Assembly: GCA_031422435.1 (NCBI GenBank)
Contig: JANPLU010000022.1
Location: 1-17,281 of the forward strand
DNA length: 17,281 bases
Direction: 5' to 3'
Source: Acaryochloridaceae cyanobacterium VAR_48_metabat_390
GTDB lineage: Bacteria; Cyanobacteriota; Cyanobacteriia; Thermosynechococcales; Thermosynechococcaceae
Position numbers and translations under genes: made by a program. The notes below the pieces were generated by a model that saw only the letters and a list, made by a program, of their open reading frames with translations, was not told where the DNA came from and did not search any database. Shown here piece after piece: positions 1 through 7,942 of this stretch; position 1 is the stretch's first letter; each line of letters begins with the position of its first letter.

Positions 1-51
1 TTCTCTCTATTCACGCAAGAGGTCTATTCAAAGCATCGCCCCCTAGCAAAT

Positions 52-471
52 ATGTCCAACACCCTAACCGCCACCGAACTCAACGACCTACAAACCCTCC
101 TGCAAACCTACCCACCCGTCCAAACCGCCCTCGACACCCTCACCCAACACAACGGTCAACTCGACATCAGCTTTGACCAACTCTGGGCACAATCCCAAAA
201 CAACCAAACCTACGATTGCACTAAATCCATCTGGAGTGTCACCCTCACCGTCCTGCGCCAAGAACTCTGTGGCGACGATAGCTTCCGCTCCAAAATCCTC
301 GACTACAACAAAAAACCCGCCAGCGCCTCCGCCTTTACTGGGTTAATTGTCTACCTCACCGAGCATACCCACTTGCCGCTTAATCCAGCGATCGCAACCA
401 TTCTGCTGCTCTACATTCTAAAAGTGGGACTCAACATCTTCTGCGAATACACTGAACCCCAATCTAAGTAA
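52..471 (+). CDS. Hypothetical protein (139 aa) with a hydrophobic C-terminus, resembling a small conserved cyanobacterial family
   Basis: Clean ATG-TAA ORF with strong third-position bias (37 of 40 codons in 61-180 end in C or A); hydrophobic tail LNPAIATILLLYILKVGLNIFC. Confidence 0.75.
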   Translation: MSNTLTATELNDLQTLLQTYPPVQTALDTLTQHNGQLDISFDQLWAQSQNNQTYDCTKSIWSVTLTVLRQELCGDDSFRSKILDYNKKPASASAFTGLIVYLTEHTHLPLNPAIATILLLYILKVGLNIFCEYTEPQSK

Positions 472-604
472 AGTTGTACCCACGTACCCACCACCACCAG
501 CAAATTTGTCTGCACGAGTGAAAGCCACGAAAGGCTAAGATTCAAGAAGGCTCCATCACTTCTAAGTATTTTTACTTTCTTGCCCCGCAGATTAAGAAAT
601 TCCT

Positions 605-1675
605 ATGACCGCAACATTGACCGCTGCATCCGTACTTGAAGTCCTACGCCCTGTACAGGATCCAGAGCTTCAAAAAAGCCTAGTAGAACTGAACATGATT
701 CGCAACGTTCAGATTCAGGACGGAAATGTTGCCTTTACCCTAGTGCTTACCACCCCAGCCTGCCCCCTACGCGAATTTATCGTAGAAGACTGCAAAAAAG
801 CTATCCAAACTATTCCAGGGGTTCTGTCTATTGATGTAGAAGTGACCGCCGAAACCCCTCAGCAAAAGAGCCTCCCCGATCGCACTGGCATCGAAGGGGT
901 TAAAAATATCATTGCGGTCTCCAGCGGCAAAGGCGGCGTGGGCAAAAGCACTGTCTCTGTAAATATCGCAGTCGCTCTCGCTCAATCTGGCGCATCCGTC
1001 GGCATGATTGATGCCGATATCTATGGCCCAAATGTCCCCACCATGCTGGGCTTAGAAAAAGCCATCATTGAAGTCCGTAAAGAAGCCCAAGGCGATGTAC
1101 TAGAACCTGCCCAAGCCCACGGGGTAAAAATGGTGTCGATGGGGTTCTTAATTGATCGCGATCAGCCCGTGATCTGGCGCGGCCCCATGCTCAACGGCAT
1201 TATTCGGCAGTTTTTATATCAGGTAGACTGGGGCGAATTAGATTATTTGGTGGTTGATTTGCCCCCTGGAACAGGCGATGCGCAGCTTACCTTAGCCCAA
1301 GCCGTCCCGATGGCAGGAGTTGTGATTGTCAGTACCCCTCAGGATGTGGCGATTTTAGATGCCCGTAAAGGCTTACGAATGTTTCAGCAGTTAGGTGTTA
1401 ATGTCTTGGGCGTGGTCGAAAACATGAGCTACTTCATCCCGCCCGATCAGCCGGATAAGCAGTACGATATCTTTGGCTCCGGTGGCGGCGAAAAGCTGGC
1501 CTCTGAGCTGGGTGTGCCCCTGATTGGCTGTGTGCCCTTAGAGATTCCGGTGCGGCAGGGGGGCGATCGCGGTATACCCATCGTCATTTCTCAGCCAGAG
1601 TCTGCTTCTGCGAAGGCATTAACGGCGATCGCCCAAAAAGTTGCGGCGCAAGTCTCGGTAGCTGCGCTAACTTAG
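605..1675 (+). CDS. mrp: Mrp/NBP35/ApbC (HCF101-like) Fe-S cluster carrier ATPase
   Basis: N-terminal DUF59-like domain (VQDPEL...LTTPACPL), deviant Walker A SGKGGVGKST, and motifs DADIYGP, WRGPM, DLPPGTGD, ENMS. Confidence 0.95.
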   Translation: MTATLTAASVLEVLRPVQDPELQKSLVELNMIRNVQIQDGNVAFTLVLTTPACPLREFIVEDCKKAIQTIPGVLSIDVEVTAETPQQKSLPDRTGIEGVKNIIAVSSGKGGVGKSTVSVNIAVALAQSGASVGMIDADIYGPNVPTMLGLEKAIIEVRKEAQGDVLEPAQAHGVKMVSMGFLIDRDQPVIWRGPMLNGIIRQFLYQVDWGELDYLVVDLPPGTGDAQLTLAQAVPMAGVVIVSTPQDVAILDARKGLRMFQQLGVNVLGVVENMSYFIPPDQPDKQYDIFGSGGGEKLASELGVPLIGCVPLEIPVRQGGDRGIPIVISQPESASAKALTAIAQKVAAQVSVAALT

Positions 1676-1715
1676 ACTGAGCCTTGATTGAGCGCTCTGC
1701 CCCTAGGATACTTGA

Positions 1716-3011
1716 ATGTTGATTCGCCGCTCACGCAAAACGCCCTTGTGGAGCCGCTGGCTTCAGCCCTGGAAAAAGCTAGACCCTTACCTGTTCTGGA
1801 TTCCGATTTTGCTAACCCTCGTGGGCGGGCTGCTGATTCGCAGTACCGAACTGCACCAAGGTTGGACAGACTGGTCACAGCATTGGATTATCGGCGCAAT
1901 TGGGGTGGCGATTGTTCTGATTACTTCACGAATTGACTACAAATATCTGCTATCGCTGCACTGGGTTGTCTATGGCATCACCTGTTTATCGCTGCTAGCG
2001 GTAAAGTTTGCCGGAACCAGCGCCCTGGGTGCTCAGCGCTGGATCACTATTGCCGGATTTAACGTCCAACCTTCAGAATTTGCAAAAGTAGGGGTTATTG
2101 TGTCTCTCGCAGCGCTGCTGAGCGCTTGGCCTGCGGCTTCGTTACCGTCTATTGTTCGCACACTCGCCATTACAGCCTTACCGTGGGGACTCGTCTTCTT
2201 GCAGCCCGACTTAGGAACCTCCTTGGTCTTTGGTGCTGTGACTTTAGCCATGCTCTACTGGGCTAATGCTCATGGCGGCTGGATTATTCTTATGCTGTCG
2301 CCCTTAGTATCCGCCATCCTTCTTAACCTTCCCGTGCCGCCCTTCACCTCTACAGTCCTTTGGCTCGTGTGGAGTGCGGCGATGGCAGCAACAGCAGGGT
2401 TAACGCTGCCCAAGCCGATCCTTAGCGCAACCCTGGCAGGCTTAGTCAACCTGAGTGCTGGTGCGATTGGACATGTTTTATGGGGTGTTCTGCAAGATTA
2501 CCAGCGCGATCGCCTCATCCTTTTTCTCGACCCCGACAAAGACCCCCTCGGTGGCGGCTATCACCTCATTCAGTCGCGCATTGCCATTGGCGCAGGGCAG
2601 TTTTGGGGCAAAGGACTCAACCAAGGCACCCAAACTCAGCTCAATTTCATTCCAGAGCAGCACACTGACTTTATTTTTTCCGCCATTGGTGAAGAATTTG
2701 GGCTGTTTGGTAGCCTGCTTTTAATGATGGCGTTTTGGCTCATCTGCGTTCGCCTCATTAAAGTTGCCACCGCGTCTAATGACAGCTTTGGGTCGCTGTT
2801 ATGCATTGGCGTTTTCGCGATGCTGATTTTTCAGGTGGTTATTAATATCGGCATGACCATTGGCCTTGCGCCGGTCACGGGCATTCCCTTACCGTGGTTG
2901 AGCTACGGACGCTCGGCGCTGTTGACTAACTTTTTGGCGATCGGCATCGCAGAATCTGTCGCAAACTATACCCAACCGCGCACCAGTCCCTATCCAACTG
3001 TAAGACGATAG
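1716..3011 (+). CDS. rodA: Rod shape-determining protein RodA (SEDS peptidoglycan glycosyltransferase)
   Basis: Multi-TM protein with SEDS motifs GAQRWI, QPSEFAK, LQPDLGT, GYHLIQSRIAIG, IPEQHTDFIF, PVTGIPLP. Confidence 0.93.
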   Translation: MLIRRSRKTPLWSRWLQPWKKLDPYLFWIPILLTLVGGLLIRSTELHQGWTDWSQHWIIGAIGVAIVLITSRIDYKYLLSLHWVVYGITCLSLLAVKFAGTSALGAQRWITIAGFNVQPSEFAKVGVIVSLAALLSAWPAASLPSIVRTLAITALPWGLVFLQPDLGTSLVFGAVTLAMLYWANAHGGWIILMLSPLVSAILLNLPVPPFTSTVLWLVWSAAMAATAGLTLPKPILSATLAGLVNLSAGAIGHVLWGVLQDYQRDRLILFLDPDKDPLGGGYHLIQSRIAIGAGQFWGKGLNQGTQTQLNFIPEQHTDFIFSAIGEEFGLFGSLLLMMAFWLICVRLIKVATASNDSFGSLLCIGVFAMLIFQVVINIGMTIGLAPVTGIPLPWLSYGRSALLTNFLAIGIAESVANYTQPRTSPYPTVRR

Positions 3012-3074
3012 GGGTGCGCGGCTACCCAGCGCTCCTGTAAACTAGATGCAGCCCTCATTTTTTAGGACTAACCG

Positions 3075-3275
3075 ATGCAAACCCCTCTGCTTTTGCCTGG
3101 TTCAACCGTACGCGTTACCAATTCAAATGATACCTACTATCAATTTGAAGGACTGGTTCAGCGCATCACCGATGGTCGTGCCGCTGTCATTTTTGGAGGC
3201 GGAAACTGGACGAAGATCGTTACCTTCCGTCTAAAAGAGCTAGAAACCGTAGATCCACGTCAAAAGAAAGGGTAG
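3075..3275 (+). CDS. ndhS: NDH-1 complex subunit NdhS
   Basis: LPGSTVRV...DTYY.FEGLVQR.TDG.AAV.F.GGNW.K.VTF.L.EL matches the NdhS SH3-like signature; AGGA RBS-like motif upstream. Confidence 0.92.
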   Translation: MQTPLLLPGSTVRVTNSNDTYYQFEGLVQRITDGRAAVIFGGGNWTKIVTFRLKELETVDPRQKKG

Positions 3276-3540
3276 CCCTTTAGATTTATACGAAGCCTCT
3301 GGTTAAATTGCTTTCATACATGGAACGAACTTTGCCAGAACGCTTAAACCTTTTCATGGACATTAAACAACGTAAAATCTTATGTAAGGTGGCTCAAATC
3401 TATAGGCTATGTTATGAAATATGTCTGATGGACAAAGGATCTGTTAGGTTTAAGGGGTGGTATTCAGATAAACTGTAGGACCACTCAATCCTCATTGATT
3501 ACTACGCTCGACTATTGTTTATCTCTTAAATTCAACGCCT

Positions 3541-4080
3541 GTGCCTCCAATCAGCAAAAAAGCGCAACAAGATCTTCCTAACATCAACGAACGCATCCGG
3601 TTTCCACAAGTTCGGGTCGTTGACAGCACCGGCGAGCAGCTCGGTATTATGACACCTCGTGATGCAATGGTCATTGCGGATGAAAAGAATCTAGACCTTG
3701 TGCTGGTGAGCGATAAAGCCGATCCGCCCGTTTGCCGGATTATGGACTACGGCAAATATAAGTTTGAGCAAGAAAAAAAGGCGAGAGAAGCGCGCAAAAA
3801 GCAGCATACTGCTGATGTAAAAGAAGTAAAGATGCGCTATAAAATTGAGGAGCATGACTACCAGGTTCGGGTTAATCATGCCGAGCGCTTTATCAAGTCT
3901 GGCGATAAGGTAAAGGCCACGATTACGTTTCGGGGGCGAGAAATTCAGCACGCTCACCTTGCCGAAGCGCTCCTGAGCCGTATGGCCAATGACCTCAAAG
4001 AGATTTCTGAAGTACAGCAGTACCCTAAGCGGGAGGGAAGAAACATGATTATGTTTTTGTCCCCGAAGAAAGTGCCCTAG
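3541..4080 (+). CDS. infC: Translation initiation factor IF-3 (GTG start)
   Basis: [56 protein letters not shown]. Confidence 0.97.
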   Translation: MPPISKKAQQDLPNINERIRFPQVRVVDSTGEQLGIMTPRDAMVIADEKNLDLVLVSDKADPPVCRIMDYGKYKFEQEKKAREARKKQHTADVKEVKMRYKIEEHDYQVRVNHAERFIKSGDKVKATITFRGREIQHAHLAEALLSRMANDLKEISEVQQYPKREGRNMIMFLSPKKVP

Positions 4081-4107
4081 GGTCACGCATTTTATCCAGT
4101 TTTAAAC

Positions 4108-4896
4108 GTGACATCTACAGATTCCCTGCATCAGTTGCTCAATGCCGTATCTTCTGGAGCGCTCAGTCCAGAAGATGCACTTGAGCAAATTAAGTATTTA
4201 TCGACCTATGAGTCTGTTGAAGACTTCGCCAAAATAGATCATCAGCGTCAGGTACGCACAGGCTTCCCTGAGGTGATTTGGGGCATTGGCAAGACCCCTG
4301 AGCAAATTGTAGAAATTTTTCGAGCCATGATGCCGCACCAAACCTGCGTCATGGCGACCAGAATTGAGCCAGCGGTGTTTACGCAGCTTCAGGCACAGCT
4401 TCCTCAGCTTCAGTATTACGCTAAGGCAAAAATTTGTGCCCTTGGGCAGACGGTTGACACTATACCTAAATATCCTGGGCGGATTGGGCTAATTTCGGCA
4501 GGGACGGCTGATCTGCCCATTGCCGAAGAAGCGGCGGTGACGGCGGCTCTGTGTGGGTTTGCAGTGCACCGCCTCTGGGATGTAGGTGTGGCTGGCATTC
4601 ACCGCCTGCTGCAAAACCGAGGGGCGATCGCCCAGGCAGACGTTCTTATCGTAGTAGCAGGCATGGAGGGTGCGCTTGCCAGCGTGGTGGCAGGCTTAGC
4701 CGATTGCCCCGTCATTGCCGTGCCTACCAGCATTGGCTATGGTGCGAGCTTCAACGGGTTAGCTCCGCTGCTGACTATGCTCAACTCCTGTGCCCCTGGA
4801 ATCGGGGTAGTCAATATTGATAATGGCTTTGGAGCCGCAATCTTAGCAGGTCAAATCTTGAGAACTGCTGCCCGCGTTAAGGCTGTGGATAAATGA
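4108..4896 (+). CDS. larB: LarB / CpmA-like PurE (AIR carboxylase) superfamily protein
   Basis: FAKIDHQRQVRTGFPEVIWG.GKT, AGTADLPIAEEA, DVGVAGIHRL, AGMEGALASVV, PTSIGYG, VVNIDNGFGAA. Confidence 0.9.
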   Translation: MTSTDSLHQLLNAVSSGALSPEDALEQIKYLSTYESVEDFAKIDHQRQVRTGFPEVIWGIGKTPEQIVEIFRAMMPHQTCVMATRIEPAVFTQLQAQLPQLQYYAKAKICALGQTVDTIPKYPGRIGLISAGTADLPIAEEAAVTAALCGFAVHRLWDVGVAGIHRLLQNRGAIAQADVLIVVAGMEGALASVVAGLADCPVIAVPTSIGYGASFNGLAPLLTMLNSCAPGIGVVNIDNGFGAAILAGQILRTAARVKAVDK

Positions 4897-5862
4897 TTAA
4901 GAAGTAAGGGTTAGGAATAGCGATCGCCGCTCACACCGCACCTCAGATTTAAGATAAGTATCTTTAAAAGGCTGCCACTGTGCTGGAAAGGACTGCTGTG
5001 ACTGTCGTAGAATTTCTGCAATAGAAGGCACTTTAGCCCGCCACTGTGTGCCCAGCATTTTTTGTAAAAATGCTGCAAAGACCACGTCATCCTGCTGTTC
5101 ACCTAATAGTTCTTGAATGGCTTTTAGCTCATCAACGTAGGTGAGTAGCTCTAAACCATAGAATCCGGTAAAAAACTCAGTTTGATAGCGTACCTGCTTC
5201 GTTAGCTTACGCAAATCGTGGAACATTATATTCATATTCACACCGTTCTTAGAGGCTTTAGACTCCCCTAGCCCTGAAGCCTCCACCAGCCAACTGGGAT
5301 GCCTTAACCATTCATGGACTAATGGCATCAGTAAATCGGGTAAGGCTTCTGTCGTCTGCCATTGTGCGCCCAAAGTAAATTGAGGTATGTCGAACCATTC
5401 TTGACACTGACGGACGAGGCGCACATACCGAGACCCAGTCAAGGCTTTAGTGAGTCGTTTAAACTGTTTCTGTCGCAGGCGATCGAGTCGTTGAATAAGT
5501 AGGTAAAGCTGCGCCTGCTCTTCTAAATTAGAGGATAGCTGCATCTGAACGTGCTGAAGCCTGAGCTTTAAGACATCTAAATCTCGGACTGCCCCTAGCC
5601 GCTTTGTAAATAGGGCAACATCGTCATAAAGCGTGGGCTTGACTAAAATGAAGGGCTGAAATAATTGGAGTGCTGTGCGCAGCCGTCTTGTGGCGACTCG
5701 CATTTGGTGCAGCGGCTCTGGGTCAACGTCTGCCAAAACCTCCGATTCCCACTTTACAAACTTAGAAAACTGCTTTTCAAAAATTTTTAGGGCAAGACTG
5801 CCTATGGTAAAAGAGGCTCCGCCAGGAAGAAGCTGTGGTACTGAAACGAATGCTGGAGTCAT
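4897..5862 (-). CDS. CHAD domain protein (predicted polyphosphate-binding)
   Basis: DPEPLHQMRVATRRLR, LGAVRDLDV, HDLRKLTKQVRY, QELLGEQQD are CHAD motifs. Confidence 0.9.
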   Translation of the reverse strand: MTPAFVSVPQLLPGGASFTIGSLALKIFEKQFSKFVKWESEVLADVDPEPLHQMRVATRRLRTALQLFQPFILVKPTLYDDVALFTKRLGAVRDLDVLKLRLQHVQMQLSSNLEEQAQLYLLIQRLDRLRQKQFKRLTKALTGSRYVRLVRQCQEWFDIPQFTLGAQWQTTEALPDLLMPLVHEWLRHPSWLVEASGLGESKASKNGVNMNIMFHDLRKLTKQVRYQTEFFTGFYGLELLTYVDELKAIQELLGEQQDDVVFAAFLQKMLGTQWRAKVPSIAEILRQSQQSFPAQWQPFKDTYLKSEVRCERRSLFLTLTS

Positions 5863-6054
5863 TCTGCTTGAGCCTCCATAGTTTGAGTTGATGCATTCTT
5901 AAGGGGATCTTTATTTGAGTCTAACAGGTGCCCAACACACAAAAATGCTGTTGAGGATTAGCGTGCTCCTCACCCATTAGGGGGAGATTCATTGAAAATT
6001 TTCGGTACAGTAAAAACTGATCTTGAATTACTAAAGCTTTCTTAATCAACCTTT

Positions 6055-6732
6055 ATGAGTACCCTACCTTCGTCTGAGGTCAACCCATCGGTCAATATTG
6101 GAGCGTTGCGGCGAGACTATTCTCACCAGACGCTCCTTGAGTCTAATGCTGAACCCAATCCTTTCCTTCAGTTTCAGCATTGGTTTACCCAGGCAATCAA
6201 TGCTCAGGTCATTGAACCTAACGCCATGACGTTGGCAAGCATTACCGCTGAAGGTAAACCTGCGGCGCGTATTGTGCTGCTCAAAGACTTTGATGAGCGT
6301 GGATTTGTGTTTTACAGCAATTTCCAAAGCCGTAAGGGGCAAGAGCTGGCGCAAAACCCAGCGGCAGCTCTTGTGTTTTGGTGGGGAGAATTAGAGCGAC
6401 AGGTCAGAATTGAAGGCGCGATTAGCCTTGTCTCTGAGGCTGAAGCAGATACCTACTTTCAGAGCCGCCCTCGAGGGAGCCAGTTGGGGGCTTGGGTGTC
6501 TCATCAAAGTCAGGTAATTGCAGGTCGCTCGGTGCTAGAAGATCGTCTGACGCAGTTAGAGCAAGATTATGAGAACGCAACCATTCCGCGACCTTGTCAC
6601 TGGGGGGGGTATCGTCTAGCGCCCACCTACTTTGAATTTTGGCAGGGTCGCTCCAATCGCCTGCACGATCGGTTATGCTATCGGCACGTCACTTCTTCTA
6701 ATGTTTGGCAAATTGAGCGCCTTGCTCCCTAA
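6055..6732 (+). CDS. pdxH: Pyridoxamine/pyridoxine 5'-phosphate oxidase
   Basis: LRRDY, EPNAMTLA, RIVLLK, SRKG, RQVRIEG, SQLGAW.S.QS, WGGYRL, EFWQGRSNRLHDR. Confidence 0.97.
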   Translation: MSTLPSSEVNPSVNIGALRRDYSHQTLLESNAEPNPFLQFQHWFTQAINAQVIEPNAMTLASITAEGKPAARIVLLKDFDERGFVFYSNFQSRKGQELAQNPAAALVFWWGELERQVRIEGAISLVSEAEADTYFQSRPRGSQLGAWVSHQSQVIAGRSVLEDRLTQLEQDYENATIPRPCHWGGYRLAPTYFEFWQGRSNRLHDRLCYRHVTSSNVWQIERLAP

Positions 6733-6842
6733 TGCCTGGGGGTAACTGCCTATTTTAGTTCGGTCTTTAAGGATCGTCTAAGGGTGGGCATACTGGGGAG
6801 AGGCAATGTAAAAATGGATAAAGCGATTCATCGAGTGCAGCT

Positions 6843-7184
6843 ATGGCTTTTAACCCCGACAACGCGCATTTCATCCTCAATGATGGTGATGAAGATCAAA
6901 GTAATTTTCTGATTAAGTATTTGCAGAATCAGCCGCCTGAGGTGCTAGCGCGGGTTGCAAAGTCTGTTAGCCCAGAAATTAAGCAAATTATTTCTCAGAA
7001 TGTGCAGGGATTGGTGGGGGTACTGCCCTCTGAGGCATTTAATGTACAGGTTGTGACCGATAAAGACAACCTGGCGGGGCTGCTAGCTTCTGCCATGATG
7101 ACGGGCTACTTTCTGCGCAACATGGAGCAGCGCATGGAGCTAGAAACCAGCGTATTTGGCGGCTCCTCTGACTCGACCCCCTAA
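6843..7184 (+). CDS. DUF760 family protein
   Basis: LIKYLQNQPPEVLARVAKSVSPEIKQII.QNVQGLVG.LP...NLAGLLASAMMTGYFLR.ME.R, typical of cyanobacterial/plastid DUF760. Confidence 0.88.
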   Translation: MAFNPDNAHFILNDGDEDQSNFLIKYLQNQPPEVLARVAKSVSPEIKQIISQNVQGLVGVLPSEAFNVQVVTDKDNLAGLLASAMMTGYFLRNMEQRMELETSVFGGSSDSTP

Positions 7185-7714
7185 GTTTTTTCTGCACGAG
7201 GCCACAGGTAAATACCGCCCGATATTAGGGTTAGACCGATGGCGATCGCATACACTCCAAGTGCCAAGGTATGACCACTATTTTGCAGCGGGGCGATTAG
7301 AAGGGCGATCGCCGCAATTTGGCTGACTGTTTTGGCCTTCCCCCATAGGTTTGCACCCGAAATTTGCGATTGCTGCACTCGCCAGCCAGCAATCGTTAGC
7401 TCTCGAAACAGAATTATAAAAACGCTCCACGCTGGAATTTCACGTAGCTCTATGAGGCACAGCAGAGGTGCAAACACTAAGAGCTTATCTACAAGCGGAT
7501 CTAAGATTTTGCCTAGATCGGTAATTTGATTAAAGCGGCGCGCAACATAGCCATCGAGCCAATCGGTACCTGCTGCCAGCAGAAATGCCAGAAGGCAAAT
7601 CCAGCGGGTATTGTCTGAAGGCATCAAGTTTTCTGTGCTAGAAAAGCGCAGGCCAAACAGCAGTAAAGGGACAGCGAGCAAGCGCGAGACGGTAATCCAA
7701 CTGGCAAGGGTCAT
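7181..7714 (-). CDS. pgsA: CDP-diacylglycerol--glycerol-3-phosphate 3-phosphatidyltransferase
   Basis: CDP-alcohol phosphotransferase motif TDWLDGYVARRFNQITDLGKILDPLVDK and GKAKT. Start placed at ATG 7714 (MTLASWITVSR) rather than the ORF-track start at 7783. Confidence 0.92.
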   Translation of the reverse strand: MTLASWITVSRLLAVPLLLFGLRFSSTENLMPSDNTRWICLLAFLLAAGTDWLDGYVARRFNQITDLGKILDPLVDKLLVFAPLLCLIELREIPAWSVFIILFRELTIAGWRVQQSQISGANLWGKAKTVSQIAAIALLIAPLQNSGHTLALGVYAIAIGLTLISGGIYLWPRAEKT

Positions 7715-7942
7715 AACAAAAAAGCTTTGGGGTAGCTCTATTGTCGTCTTTGATGTCGCTGTTCTTCTAGTTTTCGAGTTCAACCTTTATGCAGTCCCCT
7801 TGATTTGAACGATACTCCGATGTTTTTAGACTACGGCTCGATTTATTTGGGCAACACAAAGTATGCTCTACAAATAGAGCCTCATTAATCATTGAATTAT
7901 TCGCCTACTAAAAACATTCACTCCACTCAAAGAGTTCAGGGT

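Noticed and set aside
505..540. Hammerhead-like string CTGcACGA-GTG..CAC-GAAA upstream of mrp
   Set aside because: The core has an extra base, stem II is only 3 bp, and no stem III or NUH cleavage triplet can be formed.
1672..2724. Short alternative-frame and antisense ORFs inside rodA (and likewise inside mrp, infC, larB, pdxH, ggt, deoC and the WD40 region)
   Set aside because: They are shadows of well-supported genes and have no recognisable motifs.
5952..5972. Hairpin TGAGGA-N9-TCCTCA in the CHAD/pdxH divergent spacer, and a search for Pho or NtcA boxes
   Set aside because: Only a 6-bp stem; I found no 11-bp-periodic Pho repeats or GTA-N8-TAC site by eye.
7181..7184. 4-nt stop-codon overlap of convergent DUF760 and pgsA
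   Set aside because: This is a common compact arrangement with no further signal.
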